Below are positions 1 through 10,366 of a DNA stretch of 64,000 nt, in pieces. Source of the DNA: a virus (lineage: Duplodnaviria; Caudoviricetes); the IMG/VR virus record IMGVR_UViG_3300020192_000279, positions 43,016-107,015 of that record. One strand, 5' to 3'. The notes beneath the pieces were generated by a model. It was not told the DNA's origin. It did no database searches and was given only the letters and a program-made list of their open reading frames with translations. The translations under genes and the position numbers were made by a program. How positions within the stretch are numbered: the stretch's first letter is position 1; each line of letters opens with the position of its first letter.

Positions 1-162
1 TCATTTCAAGACGAAAACGATCTCGTTGGCAATATTCCAAAAATGTTTTCTGTGGGAGAAAGTCTTTCCAAGAGAATTGCCACTCAGGGCCAAGAGCATT
101 GCTTGAAGAACCATACCTACAGGAATAGATGTTCGGCTATTTTGACTAGGATATTCCCGTAA
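1..162 (+). CDS. C-terminal fragment of CgeB-like (Glyco_trans_1_2) glycosyltransferase, 5'-partial
   Basis: Frame 1 reads ...IATQGQEHCLKNHTYRNR..TAA, the same C-terminal motif as ORF 926-1894. Confidence 0.6.
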   Translation, partial: SFQDENDLVGNIPKMFSVGESLSKRIATQGQEHCLKNHTYRNRCSAILTRIFP

Positions 163-254
163 TTATTCCAGATAGTGCTGGACAAGATGTTGTTTTTAAG
201 TAACCATATATATAGGCACCGTTGTTTGACGATCTTAAAAAAAGTTGTTTCCAC

Positions 255-929
255 ATGAAAGAGTCTGACAAGATTAGTATTTTAGTTTGCTGTCACAGCA
301 ACGATCATGAGCACGACATGCTTTTGCAAGCTGCTCTTGAGTCTTTAACTCGACAGACGTATCAAAATTTTGAAACTGTTTTAGTGCTTGATGAGTGTCA
401 TGAAGGCACGAAATGGATAGCTGAGCCCTATAAGGATATTTTAAGTATTAAGATCCATGAGCGTCCCCATAAGCAAGGCTTGGCAATAGCCAAGAACTTT
501 GGTTTAGCTCGCTGTGCGGGTCAATGGGTTGCCTACCTTGATGCTGACGATCAGTGGATGGATTGTAAGCTTGAACTGCAACGCAACTTCCTTTTAGAGA
601 ACGAGAATACGGATTTTGTATTTTGTGAAGTATGGGATAATCATGCTGGTACGCTAACTCCTAACTGTTTCAAGATTGGGCAATACGAAACCCACGCGGC
701 AATCGCTACTGCGATGCCGCGTGAGAATGTTGTATGTCACGGCTCAGCGTTAATTCGTAAATTAGCTATTGATTCTCTGGGTGGTTACAGTACTCACCGT
801 TCACTATTGGGTCGCGAAGACTGGGATTTGTGGCAAAGAGCTATCGCTAATGGATTTCATTTCTATAAAATACCAGAAAGATTGTATATTTATGGCATGG
901 GAACTAGCGTTGTTCGTGGCGAAATATGA
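255..929 (+). CDS. GT2 family glycosyltransferase
   Basis: ISILV..., GLAIAKNFGL, YLDADD and EDWDLW motifs; start placed at ATG 255. Confidence 0.9.
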   Translation: MKESDKISILVCCHSNDHEHDMLLQAALESLTRQTYQNFETVLVLDECHEGTKWIAEPYKDILSIKIHERPHKQGLAIAKNFGLARCAGQWVAYLDADDQWMDCKLELQRNFLLENENTDFVFCEVWDNHAGTLTPNCFKIGQYETHAAIATAMPRENVVCHGSALIRKLAIDSLGGYSTHRSLLGREDWDLWQRAIANGFHFYKIPERLYIYGMGTSVVRGEI

Positions 930-1894
930 TGAAAAAAGTCTTGTATGTAGGTTTGTTGCATAACTATGGTAAGCCCGAAGAGGGCTTCTCATACGAGCAT
1001 ATGAATATTGAAGCTGGCCTTCGTGACTGTGATATGTTTGAAGTGACGTATTGGTATCCTGATTCGTACGTCTATCAAGATTCTGCCGAAGAAGTTTTCA
1101 CGAGCCAGAAGTTCGACGCCATCTTTCATGTCGCCTTTAACGAATCACTAGATCTGCCTGAGGGGGTAGCAAAGCTAGCCCTCAGGCAGGATATTCCAGT
1201 CATACAATGGGATTGCGACAGCTCTTGGCGTTTCCAGAACTGGATCTTCCCGCGTCGTGACCGCGTGAGTCACTTTGTCACGACACATTCAGCCATGGTG
1301 CCGCAGTACGAGAAGAATGGCTTGAAAGTTATTAAGTCACAGTGGGCTGGTTCCCCGGCGTATAAGGCGAATTCGGGGGTGTATATGTACGACGCTACGT
1401 TTGTTGGCCAGAAGCATGGTCAGATGCCGAATGGCAAATTTCTACGCTCAGAGATCGTGGATGCCATTATGAATGCTGGTATCCGCGTTGACATCTTTGG
1501 TAATTACTGGGATGGCTATGCTAATTGGCATGGCTACGCGAAGGACTTTGAAGAAGTGATTCGCGTATTCAATCAGTCGCGTGTCAATTTGAATCTGTCG
1601 AATCCATGGCATCATGGAACGATGCCACAGATTAAGGGCAGGCACTTCGAAATTCCTCAGTGTCAAGGGTTTCAGATTAGTACGCCAGCAGACGATCTTG
1701 AATCTTACTTTGTACCAGACAAGGAAATAGTCATTGCCAAAAACGTTCAAGAGTTGATTGAGAAGACACAATACTATCTTGCCAATCCAGAGGAGCGAGA
1801 GGTAATTGCTCAAGCGGGTCGTGACCGTATGCTTCGTGACCATCAATGGTACCATCGTTTCGAGTACATCTTTAAGGAAGTGGGATTGCTATGA
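926..1894 (+). CDS. CgeB-like/GT4-related glycosyltransferase
   Basis: YDATFVG, SRVNLN, KGRHFEIP, YYLANPEERE..A..G..R...H motifs. Confidence 0.85.
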   Translation: MMKKVLYVGLLHNYGKPEEGFSYEHMNIEAGLRDCDMFEVTYWYPDSYVYQDSAEEVFTSQKFDAIFHVAFNESLDLPEGVAKLALRQDIPVIQWDCDSSWRFQNWIFPRRDRVSHFVTTHSAMVPQYEKNGLKVIKSQWAGSPAYKANSGVYMYDATFVGQKHGQMPNGKFLRSEIVDAIMNAGIRVDIFGNYWDGYANWHGYAKDFEEVIRVFNQSRVNLNLSNPWHHGTMPQIKGRHFEIPQCQGFQISTPADDLESYFVPDKEIVIAKNVQELIEKTQYYLANPEEREVIAQAGRDRMLRDHQWYHRFEYIFKEVGLL

Positions 1895-2424
1895 GATTGA
1901 ATCTAGCATCACACGGCGACAACCGCGAAGGTTACGTCAACATTGATTACGATCATCCCTCGGCAGACCTCAAGGCCGATGTTTCGGCACTGCCGTACGA
2001 GGAAGATTCGGTAGATCAGATCCTGGCTTACCACATTCTCGAACACTTTCGAGCCGGTGAGTACGAGCCACAACTATCGAATCCGCTCAATCCCAAGACA
2101 GCAATGGCTGCTCTTGCTGAGTGGCGTCGAGTCCTGAAACCGGGCGGCACACTAGAGATCAAGGTGCCGGACTTCGAGAAGATCGTTTGGCTTTACTTCA
2201 ACTTCCCTCAATGGGCCAGAGCAGAATCCAGCGTCAACGCTCCATTTGGTAGCTACTCGGATTGGGTTGTATCTAACGGGCAGCACCAGTGCCTCTTCGA
2301 CAAGAAGGCCATGCACAAGCTTCTGACGTTGTGTGGCTTCAAGGACATCACGTTCGTTGACTCGCCAGCGGTTGCCGTAATTGACAGAGCGAATTTAGAG
2401 ATGTATGTAATCTGCTCTAAGTGA
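1891..2424 (+). CDS. SAM-dependent methyltransferase (type 11)
   Basis: RLNLA, GYVNID, HILEHF, RVLKPGG.LEI.VPD. Confidence 0.85.
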   Translation: MRLNLASHGDNREGYVNIDYDHPSADLKADVSALPYEEDSVDQILAYHILEHFRAGEYEPQLSNPLNPKTAMAALAEWRRVLKPGGTLEIKVPDFEKIVWLYFNFPQWARAESSVNAPFGSYSDWVVSNGQHQCLFDKKAMHKLLTLCGFKDITFVDSPAVAVIDRANLEMYVICSK

Positions 2425-2792
2425 TGGTACGCACATACAAAACACTTGAGTTTGGTAGAGCTTCTGGCAATGAAGTATGGCGGTCATACATCGCTCGTGC
2501 CGCATCTAAGGGACTGGCTTGGGAATTGACACGCTGTGAATTTGATGCACTGATATCTCGATCATGTGTCTATTGCAGTAGACCTCCCGGCAACATCAAA
2601 AACAACGGCAGAAACTATGGCCATTTGTTTTACAATGGCATTGATAGAGTTGACAATCGTCTCGGATACATCAAGAGTAATGTAGTCTCGTGCTGTGCCA
2701 TCTGTAACAGAGCTAAAGGCACGCTCACCACACAAGAATTCGATCTATGGATTCATGATCTCATGCGAGTACAACATGGACTACCAAACTAG
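2421..2792 (+). CDS. HNH homing endonuclease
   Basis: CVYC...NGIDRVD..GY...NVVSCCAICNRAK. Confidence 0.8.
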   Translation: MMVRTYKTLEFGRASGNEVWRSYIARAASKGLAWELTRCEFDALISRSCVYCSRPPGNIKNNGRNYGHLFYNGIDRVDNRLGYIKSNVVSCCAICNRAKGTLTTQEFDLWIHDLMRVQHGLPN

Positions 2793-3411
2793 ACGCGACA
2801 ATCACGACTTCATGACCGAAGAGCACATCTCGGTGTTCCTACGTAATCACAACACGGGCACGGACAACCTGGGTCGTCATCGCCTAGCAGCTATCGTTCG
2901 CGAACACGCGAAGCCAATGGTGCTTGACGTAGCCTGCGGGACCTGCGTTACGTGGGAGGTCATGAAGGCCGTTGGCGTTGACTGCCAATACTGGGGCTTT
3001 GATCGCACCGAAAAGATGCTCGCCCACGCCAGAGCCCTGTATGGCGATGAGATCTACCTCCGCAAAGGCTTCATCCAATCTCTTCCTTTTGAAGCTGATT
3101 CTTTTGACATCGTTATTGCTCGCCACATTCTCGAACACTTAGGCGAAGGTTATGAACAAGCAATCAAGGAAGTCTATCGCGTTGCGTCGAAAGAGGCGAT
3201 CGTTATTCTTTTCGAGGACTTGGCCGACATGCCGCACGATGTCATCAAGGAGTCAGAGCCAGACGAGAATGATTGTACCTACTTCTGGAACACATATGCT
3301 CATGATAAGTTCATGACCTTCCTTGGTACACTGGGATGCCAAGTCAAGGTGGAGTACGTTCGTACGCCCGGTGCTGCTGCTAATGATACGATCATTCGAC
3401 TTATCAAATAA
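2776..3411 (+). CDS. Class I SAM-dependent methyltransferase
   Basis: VLDVACGT, LPFEADSFDIV, HILEHL. Confidence 0.85.
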   Translation: MDYQTRRDNHDFMTEEHISVFLRNHNTGTDNLGRHRLAAIVREHAKPMVLDVACGTCVTWEVMKAVGVDCQYWGFDRTEKMLAHARALYGDEIYLRKGFIQSLPFEADSFDIVIARHILEHLGEGYEQAIKEVYRVASKEAIVILFEDLADMPHDVIKESEPDENDCTYFWNTYAHDKFMTFLGTLGCQVKVEYVRTPGAAANDTIIRLIK

Positions 3412-3965
3412 TGCACAAACGAATTCAAAACCTTGACGGCAAGAAGTTTGGTAGCTTGACGGCTACTAACATAACTCGTAAACGTCGTAATAGAAAATTG
3501 CAGCGTCTATGTCATTGTGATTGTGGGCAAGATTCTTGGGTCGAGACAAATGCCTTGATAAGCGGCGGCACCAAAAGTTGTGGCTGTAAGCAAGGCGGTG
3601 GTAGAAAATTGTCTTTTGGTACCGCCTCAAGAAATGAAGTCTTAAGAAATTACAAAAGCAGTGCTAAGAAACGTGCTCTTGTTTGGAAAATTACCGACAA
3701 AGAGTTTGACGAGCTAACAAGTGGCATATGTCATTATTGTGGCTCGCCACCCTCTAGAGTCAAACATACTGGAAGAAATTATGGTGACTTTGTTTATAAT
3801 GGTATTGATAGAATTGATAGTGCTATAGGATATACTGTCAAAAATGTTGTCCCTTGTTGTACGCTATGCAATAGAGCTAAAAACACCATGAACTATATTG
3901 ATTTTATTCATTGGATTGATAATATCAGGACGCACAATCGTTTGGAGGTTGTATATGTTTCATGA
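3411..3965 (+). CDS. HNH homing endonuclease with N-terminal CxCDCG module
   Basis: GKKFGSL..CHCDCG..SCGC; CHYC..NGIDRID..CCTLCNRAK. Confidence 0.85.
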   Translation: MHKRIQNLDGKKFGSLTATNITRKRRNRKLQRLCHCDCGQDSWVETNALISGGTKSCGCKQGGGRKLSFGTASRNEVLRNYKSSAKKRALVWKITDKEFDELTSGICHYCGSPPSRVKHTGRNYGDFVYNGIDRIDSAIGYTVKNVVPCCTLCNRAKNTMNYIDFIHWIDNIRTHNRLEVVYVS

Positions 3966-4803
3966 TGTGACGTACGGGGTTTTGCATTACAATCCCAGCC
4001 TAGATGCAGGTGCGACTCGTGCGTATATTAATGCTGTTGATTCTTTAGCACAAAATAGAAGCTCTAGTTTGCGTAGTGAAATTTTTCTTATTGATCAAAA
4101 TAGTGATCAAGAGTTAACGAATACACTTGCTAAAAAATATGGCTTTAGTTCATTATGTTTAAACAAAAACATTGGCATTAGTCGTGGTATTAACCTACTT
4201 GCCAATATAGCTCGTGGCGAATTTGTGTCTCTTGTGACCTCTGACGTGACGTTTACGCCTGGACTAGATGACGCTTTGGTATCGACACTTCGTGCCGATC
4301 CCAAAATTTATCAGATCTGTCCAACGTCAGACAACTCATCGCTAGATCATCAACGAATGCAACAAGCTCGTCCAGACGGCATTCTTGTCGAAAACCTTGT
4401 ACAAGAATTGACTATCCAGTTTTGGCCACGTACTGTTTTCGACAAGATCGGATACTTTGACGAACGCTGGAAAGCATGCTATGAGAATATGGACTTTGCT
4501 CTACGTGCGTTTCTGGAAGGTGGCTCTGTAGTTGTTGATCAGCGTGTCTTTTGTCATCACGAACATAATGGCACCACTAAGAGCGGTGCTATTCACAAGG
4601 CGTATGACGGCTATATGTCAATGCCCAATGGTCTTGATCATCAGCCGCTCTTGCAGATGTGGCGTGACAAGTGGCCCAACCTTGAAAGATACATGAATCA
4701 CTATGACACATTCACTAAGGATATGGGCCAAACGCGGGCGGCAATGTTTTTTGCGTATAGCAAGAACGTGTATCTGCCGTATGTACAAGAGGTCCCTTAT
4801 TAA
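3955..4803 (+). CDS. GT2 family glycosyltransferase
   Basis: LIDQNS, NIGISRGIN, TSDV, IGYFDE..YENMDFALR. Confidence 0.8.
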   Translation: MFHDVTYGVLHYNPSLDAGATRAYINAVDSLAQNRSSSLRSEIFLIDQNSDQELTNTLAKKYGFSSLCLNKNIGISRGINLLANIARGEFVSLVTSDVTFTPGLDDALVSTLRADPKIYQICPTSDNSSLDHQRMQQARPDGILVENLVQELTIQFWPRTVFDKIGYFDERWKACYENMDFALRAFLEGGSVVVDQRVFCHHEHNGTTKSGAIHKAYDGYMSMPNGLDHQPLLQMWRDKWPNLERYMNHYDTFTKDMGQTRAAMFFAYSKNVYLPYVQEVPY

Positions 4804-4804
4804 C

Positions 4805-5386
4805 ATGAAACGCTACGATATCATTCGTCATCTGATTGAGGCACGCGACTACAAGTCGTATCTTGAAATTGGTGTACTGGGACAGGAAACATTCAACAGC
4901 TTGCCGCCATTAGATGTTAAACATAGTGTTGATCCTAATGGGCAAGCTGTGTTTAATACTACCTCCGACGACTTTTTCAAGAATCATTGTGATCAATATT
5001 ATGATTTAATCTTTATTGACGGCTTGCATCTTGAAGAGCAAGTGCAAAGAGATATGGAAAATTCATTGACACACCTAAACGAAGGTGGCATAATTATAGT
5101 ACATGACTGCTTGCCTTCGGCAGAGTACGAGCAACTGCGAGAAGGTGTTAGTGGCAAACCATGGACTGGGGACGTGTGGAAGGCATTTGCAAAGCTGCGA
5201 GCGGATCGTAGGGACTTAATTATGCGTGTTGTGGATACTGATTATGGATGTGGGTTAATTGAGCGTGGTGTCGATCCGGTCGAGTACCACTCAATTGATG
5301 GCGATTACACCTGGGACTTCTTCTGTAAGAATCGTAACAAAATCATGGGTGTGATTACACCGGAGCAGTTCATTGGACGTTCATAA
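4805..5386 (+). CDS. Class I SAM methyltransferase (Methyltransf_24-like)
   Basis: YLEIGV, YDLIFIDGLH, GGIIIVHD. Confidence 0.85.
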   Translation: MKRYDIIRHLIEARDYKSYLEIGVLGQETFNSLPPLDVKHSVDPNGQAVFNTTSDDFFKNHCDQYYDLIFIDGLHLEEQVQRDMENSLTHLNEGGIIIVHDCLPSAEYEQLREGVSGKPWTGDVWKAFAKLRADRRDLIMRVVDTDYGCGLIERGVDPVEYHSIDGDYTWDFFCKNRNKIMGVITPEQFIGRS

Positions 5387-5900
5387 TCGAGATTGGGTTG
5401 TAGCTCGTAACAATCTTTTGAATGGCAAGCTACTTGAGATTGGTAGTTTTGTTGTGCCCGGCCAAGAACAGATTGCCTTGCGACCAGCAGTCGCAAAGTT
5501 TGTCAATAGCTATCTCGGCATTGACATGCGTGAAGGCCCTGGCGTTGATCTCGTAACTAGCGAAGACAACGCCTTTCCTTTTGAAGATAACACATTTGAT
5601 GTCGTTGTATCGTTAGATACCCTTGAACACGTTCGCAACCCTTGGACGTTCATTGAAAACGCAGCGAGAGTCCTAAAGCCCGGTGGTCACTTCTTTTTGG
5701 CTACCGTGTTTTCATTTCCTATTCATGGTTACCCGGATGACTACTGGCGTTTCACCCCCAATTGCTTGAAGATGCTCATCGAGACCTATGGTCTCGAAGT
5801 GGCAGGTGATTTGACGCCATCTGAATGCTGTACTAAAAACCCTGCACATCACTTGGCGAACCCGACAATCGTTCGTCTAATTGCTAGAAAGCCACTATGA
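5373..5900 (+). CDS. SAM-dependent methyltransferase
   Basis: LLEIGS, FDVVVS..TLEHV, VLKPGG, HGYPDDYWRFT. Confidence 0.85.
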   Translation: MDVHNRDWVVARNNLLNGKLLEIGSFVVPGQEQIALRPAVAKFVNSYLGIDMREGPGVDLVTSEDNAFPFEDNTFDVVVSLDTLEHVRNPWTFIENAARVLKPGGHFFLATVFSFPIHGYPDDYWRFTPNCLKMLIETYGLEVAGDLTPSECCTKNPAHHLANPTIVRLIARKPL

Positions 5901-6883
5901 ACGCCAAGACATTAGTTACTGGTTCGTCTGGATTTTTAGGTAAACATGTCGTTCCACTCTTACGTGCCGATGGTCATGAAGTGATGACCCCATCAAGTAA
6001 CTCTTTGAACTTACTTGACCAAGACGCTCAGGCAATTGCGAGGTATCTTGTTTTCCACGAGGTAAGTACGGTTGTTCATCTTGCTGCAATTTGTGGTGGC
6101 ATCGGCATCAATAAAGACAATCCAGGTAAGTTCATGTATGAGAACTTGCAGATGGGTCTTAACGTTATCGAGGCGTGTCGCCTCGCTAACGTAAAGAAGC
6201 TTGTGAATTTGAGTACCGTCTGCTCGTATCCCAAGAACACGCCGGTGCCATTTCAAGAGAGTGATCTATGGAATGGCTATCCCGAAGAGACGAATGCTCC
6301 ATATGGCATTGCTAAGAAAACGATTGTGGAGCTTGGTATTGCATACCATAAGCAGTATGGTTTAAACGTCACTAATCTAGTGCCGGTTAATATGGCCGGT
6401 GAGCACGATCATTTCGATCTTTATTCCTCTCATGTTGTGCCAGCTTTGATTCGCAAGTTTGAAGAAGCTGATCAACAAAGAGAGTATGTAGATATCTACT
6501 CAGTGTACCAAACGTTACCAACTGACAAAGCTTTGATTAGTGCCCCACTTGTGACCTTATGGGGTACAGGATCTGCTTCTCGCGAGTTTTTGTATGCCGG
6601 TGATTGTGCCAAAGCGATTGCAATTGCCGTTCAAAAGAATACGGGGCCAGATCCCATCAATCTTGGCACTGGTCAAGAAATTACCATCAAGCAGTTAGCC
6701 GAGTTGGTAAAGCAAATTGGTGGTTATTTTTCCAATGTCAAATGGGATCATACTAAGCCAGATGGTCAGCCACGCAGATCACTAGATGTTTCAAGAGCCA
6801 AGAACGTGCTTCGCTGGGAAGCAACCACACCGATCGAAGAAACTGTGCGACGCACAATTGAATGGTATAGACAGAACCAATGA
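5897..6883 (+). CDS. fcl: GDP-L-fucose synthase
   Basis: GSSGFLG, HLAA..GGI, YGIAKK, SHVVPALIRK, WGTG..SREFLY, KPDGQPR. Confidence 0.95.
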   Translation: MNAKTLVTGSSGFLGKHVVPLLRADGHEVMTPSSNSLNLLDQDAQAIARYLVFHEVSTVVHLAAICGGIGINKDNPGKFMYENLQMGLNVIEACRLANVKKLVNLSTVCSYPKNTPVPFQESDLWNGYPEETNAPYGIAKKTIVELGIAYHKQYGLNVTNLVPVNMAGEHDHFDLYSSHVVPALIRKFEEADQQREYVDIYSVYQTLPTDKALISAPLVTLWGTGSASREFLYAGDCAKAIAIAVQKNTGPDPINLGTGQEITIKQLAELVKQIGGYFSNVKWDHTKPDGQPRRSLDVSRAKNVLRWEATTPIEETVRRTIEWYRQNQ

Positions 6884-7899
6884 GCAAGACAGCTATCATT
6901 ACGGGCATCGGCGGCATGGACGGATTTTATCTATCTCGTTTATTGCTTGAAAAGAACTATAGGGTTGTTGGTATACTGCGTCGCTCTGCCAATAAGAACG
7001 ACGCTCGCTTACGCACATTGCAAGGCTCACCCAACCTGCATCTAGTGTATGGCGACATTACCGATGCGGCAAGTATCAGTACGATAGTTGAGCAGTTTAG
7101 ACCTGATGAATTTTATCATCTAGCCGCCAACTCTTTCGTGGGATGCTCATGGACATCGCCCAACCATGTGTTTGAAACGAATACAATTGGTGTAATTAAT
7201 TGCCTAGAAGCATTGCGACAGTTCAAGAAGGACTGTCGTTTTTACTTTGCTGGCAGTAGCGAGATGTATGGCGATTACGTTAAGCGTAAGGGCGGCAACG
7301 TTCTTCTGGACGAAAACTCACCAATGATTGCCGCATCACCTTATGGAGTATCTAAGGTAGCGGGATATCAAATGACAAAGGTGTACAGAGAGTCATATGA
7401 TATGTTTGCTGCGTGCGGCATTCTATTCAATCACTCTGCTCCTCATCGCGGCGAAGAGTTTTTTACTCGAAAAGTCACAAGTCAGTTGGCCAAGATCTTT
7501 TGGGGCCGTCAAGATCAACTTGTCTTGGGCAACCTTACTGCCAAACGTGACGAGGGCTATAGTGGCGATTACGTTAAGGCTATGTGGCTCATGCTGCAAC
7601 ATGACAAGCCAGACGATTTCGTTATTTCAACCGGCGAGACCCATAGCTGTCTAGAATGGCTTGACCACACACTCGACTTCTTTCACCTTTCAAGCGATTG
7701 TGTTACCACGTCTTCTAGTTTGGTTCGCCCCAACGAAGTGAATGTATTAATTGGTGACTCTACTAAAGCACGCGAGGTTTTAGGGTGGACGCCATCTGTA
7801 AGCTACAAAGAATTGAATACTAAGATGTGTTGTTATGATTACCATCTTCAATCATTGAACCCCGAGTTCGCTCGTCGAGCGGACGAGTTCCTTTTCTAG
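6880..7899 (+). CDS. gmd: GDP-mannose 4,6-dehydratase
   Basis: TGIGGMDG, HLAA.SFV, SSEMYG, SPYGVSK, GILFNH, FFTRKV, LGNL.AKRD. Confidence 0.95.
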   Translation: MSKTAIITGIGGMDGFYLSRLLLEKNYRVVGILRRSANKNDARLRTLQGSPNLHLVYGDITDAASISTIVEQFRPDEFYHLAANSFVGCSWTSPNHVFETNTIGVINCLEALRQFKKDCRFYFAGSSEMYGDYVKRKGGNVLLDENSPMIAASPYGVSKVAGYQMTKVYRESYDMFAACGILFNHSAPHRGEEFFTRKVTSQLAKIFWGRQDQLVLGNLTAKRDEGYSGDYVKAMWLMLQHDKPDDFVISTGETHSCLEWLDHTLDFFHLSSDCVTTSSSLVRPNEVNVLIGDSTKAREVLGWTPSVSYKELNTKMCCYDYHLQSLNPEFARRADEFLF

Positions 7900-7907
7900 G
7901 AGTAAAT

Positions 7908-8594
7908 ATGAATAAGAATGAAAAGCCGCATGAGATCACTGAACGTGAGAAGCGTGCATGGCAAGAGGGTTCTAAGACCCGCAAACGTGATCGTCCTACA
8001 TTGACAATGCTACAGCGTATTGTATTCTTGAAGATGGTTGCACAGCTTTCAAGTAATACAGCATTCGAAAGAACGCTTGGATTGAGTGCTGCCGACGTTG
8101 ACTTCTATAAAAATGAGTTCAATGTTGAAAATCAAAGTGATGCTAGACGTTTGTATAAACGCCTAGAGACCGACATGATTGAAGGTAACGAAGAGCGTAT
8201 TATTAGCGAGACAGGCAAAGCTCGTGACGCTGAGGCTACTGCTAATCTTAGACTGAAAGAGCTTGAATTGCGTAAGACGATTGAGAAACGTGAAAAGGCC
8301 GTTGGCACGCCGAACGGTAATGCAATTCGTACTGAGGATGCCGAACGTCAACAACGTTTCCAGCAAGAGCAAGACGCTCAAATGACAGAAGCTCTTAGCA
8401 AGAGTGAGCCTTGGTTTTTGCCACTTGAAGGCTCTGAATCCGATAGACGCGGTATTACCGAACGTTTCCGTCGAGACGTTGAGAATGGTGGTTTACAGTT
8501 TTGTGTCAATAAGTATCAGGCCAATATTCTTCAATTGAAAACAGAAGCGGCAAGACTCAAGCTTCGCATCAATTGGGATAGAGTCAAAAGATAA
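7908..8594 (+). CDS. Hypothetical charged/coiled-coil protein
   Basis: 228-aa ORF with AGGAG RBS. Confidence 0.6.
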   Translation: MNKNEKPHEITEREKRAWQEGSKTRKRDRPTLTMLQRIVFLKMVAQLSSNTAFERTLGLSAADVDFYKNEFNVENQSDARRLYKRLETDMIEGNEERIISETGKARDAEATANLRLKELELRKTIEKREKAVGTPNGNAIRTEDAERQQRFQQEQDAQMTEALSKSEPWFLPLEGSESDRRGITERFRRDVENGGLQFCVNKYQANILQLKTEAARLKLRINWDRVKR

Positions 8595-8604
8595 ACCGCA
8601 AACT

Positions 8605-9324
8605 ATGAAATTGACGCATCAAAGTTTGCAACAACTCTACGATACCATGTCGTTGGATGAAATGGCTATTCATGTAGGCATGTCAAAGTCTACCCTGTAT
8701 TATCATATGAAAAAGTTGGGCATCGCCCGTAGAGGTAAGAGTGACGCTCAACGTAAACACATTGAGACTATTGGTCATCAGAGAACTGGCAGCCATCATA
8801 CGAGCGAGGCTCGCGAAAAGATATCGACGGGCACGAAAGAGTTTTGGGAGTCCGATAGAGGTAAAGATCAGAAGGCTGCGTTACGTAAATTGCGTCGCCA
8901 AGAATGGTCAGATAGTACAAGTAAGAGGCGTGGTGCCGTACTGGCACGCCTTCAAGATGCTCACAGGCCGGAGCCCGGCGAGCTTTCGAACTTTGGAAAG
9001 AAGTTGTCCACGTTCCTTGCAAGTAGGGAACGTGTTTCTACAGGAATCCGACTGACGAACGATCACATTAGTGACATAATCTTAGAGGACAGGAAGGTGG
9101 TTATAGAGCTTATCTTCCCGATTAGTATCTATGGTGAACAACAACAACATCGACTCGAAGAACGGTACGCACGCCTCACGCAGCATTTGAATGCCGCAGG
9201 CTATCGCGTTATGATCATCGAAGACAAGTCCAATTCTGTATCGCAAGCTCGCTGTCAGCGGGTATATGATCAACTCTGTCTCTTTTTTCAAGAGACGCAA
9301 CAGGCCAAGACAATCATTTCATGA
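8605..9324 (+). CDS. HTH/NUMOD3-like DNA-binding protein with degenerate Vsr-like nuclease domain
   Basis: N-terminal HTH, HHTSEAREKIS, C-terminal D...K.VIE...GYRV. Confidence 0.55.
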   Translation: MKLTHQSLQQLYDTMSLDEMAIHVGMSKSTLYYHMKKLGIARRGKSDAQRKHIETIGHQRTGSHHTSEAREKISTGTKEFWESDRGKDQKAALRKLRRQEWSDSTSKRRGAVLARLQDAHRPEPGELSNFGKKLSTFLASRERVSTGIRLTNDHISDIILEDRKVVIELIFPISIYGEQQQHRLEERYARLTQHLNAAGYRVMIIEDKSNSVSQARCQRVYDQLCLFFQETQQAKTIIS

Positions 9325-10028
9325 CTATCACACCCAAGCTACCCCGATACGGCACTAACTGGGAAGATCAACTTCAACCTACCGACATTGGTACTCGAAA
9401 AGAAGATAATAGGGAGATGCGAGTTGTATACTTGCGTGGTCTACAACGTCTTGCTCAAGAAGCTGGCATGATTCGCAGTGAATGTAGACTCAACTTCATC
9501 ACAAAGGACCAGACCGGATCAGTTGGCATCATGCAGGCTGTGTATACGGTTGAGTTTTCTGATGGTACTTGGTGGGTTGGAGCAGCCGACTGTAACTCGG
9601 CGAATACGTCAGAGAAGTACATGAAGTATCCAACGGCGGTGGCCGAGTCTCGTGCAGAAGCCCGTTGCCTTCGCAAGGCCCTGAACATTGGTATCCTGTC
9701 GTCGGAAGAGATTGGCTTTACTGATGGTGGTGCGATTGAACAAATTGCGGCCTCATCGAATAAGCAAGTGGATACACAGGTTGTGAAGGCTATTGAAAAG
9801 CTTTGTGAGTCTCGTGGCGTTACGAACGCCGAAGTGCTCGAAGCGGTTCTTAGTAAAGATCGCAATAGCTCCGTCTTTGAGCTTGGCGAATTGACGGTTG
9901 ACGAAGGTCAGAAAGCCATGGGATGGCTAAACGAACAGAAACCGAAGGCGGTCAAGTTGACTGCTACCCAAGAACGTGACGCCCGCAAGAAGGAATTGCG
10001 GGCACAGGCAGATAAGGATAATTCATGA
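9321..10028 (+). CDS. Putative ssDNA-annealing recombinase (Sak/Rad52-like)
   Basis: AVAESRAEARCLRKAL motif. Confidence 0.5.
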   Translation: MTITPKLPRYGTNWEDQLQPTDIGTRKEDNREMRVVYLRGLQRLAQEAGMIRSECRLNFITKDQTGSVGIMQAVYTVEFSDGTWWVGAADCNSANTSEKYMKYPTAVAESRAEARCLRKALNIGILSSEEIGFTDGGAIEQIAASSNKQVDTQVVKAIEKLCESRGVTNAEVLEAVLSKDRNSSVFELGELTVDEGQKAMGWLNEQKPKAVKLTATQERDARKKELRAQADKDNS

Positions 10029-10366
10029 AGATTACATATACAAGCAAGAGTGGTCGTCTCGCCGCAGAGTTTGACGAGAAGTCCCAAAAAGATCTCTTCC
10101 AACAGATTTCTACATTTCAAGAAGTCTTTGAAGAGACGAAGTGTGGTGTCTGCGGTAACGAAGATTTGCGTTTTGTTGTCCGCAACGTTAAGGACAACGA
10201 TTTTTATGAACTCCACTGCTTGAACATTTCTTGCAAGTCTCGCTTGGCGTTTGGACAGCACAAGAAGGGTGAAACGCTGTTTCCGAGTCGCAAGGACGAC
10301 GAAGGTAAGTGGCTACGTAACGGCGGTTGGACCAAGTGGAACCCTGATACGAAGAAGGAAGAGTGA
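10025..10366 (+). CDS. Zn-ribbon phage protein
   Basis: CGVC...C...C, conserved-looking FGQ..LFP..W..W tail. Confidence 0.6.
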   Translation: MKITYTSKSGRLAAEFDEKSQKDLFQQISTFQEVFEETKCGVCGNEDLRFVVRNVKDNDFYELHCLNISCKSRLAFGQHKKGETLFPSRKDDEGKWLRNGGWTKWNPDTKKEE

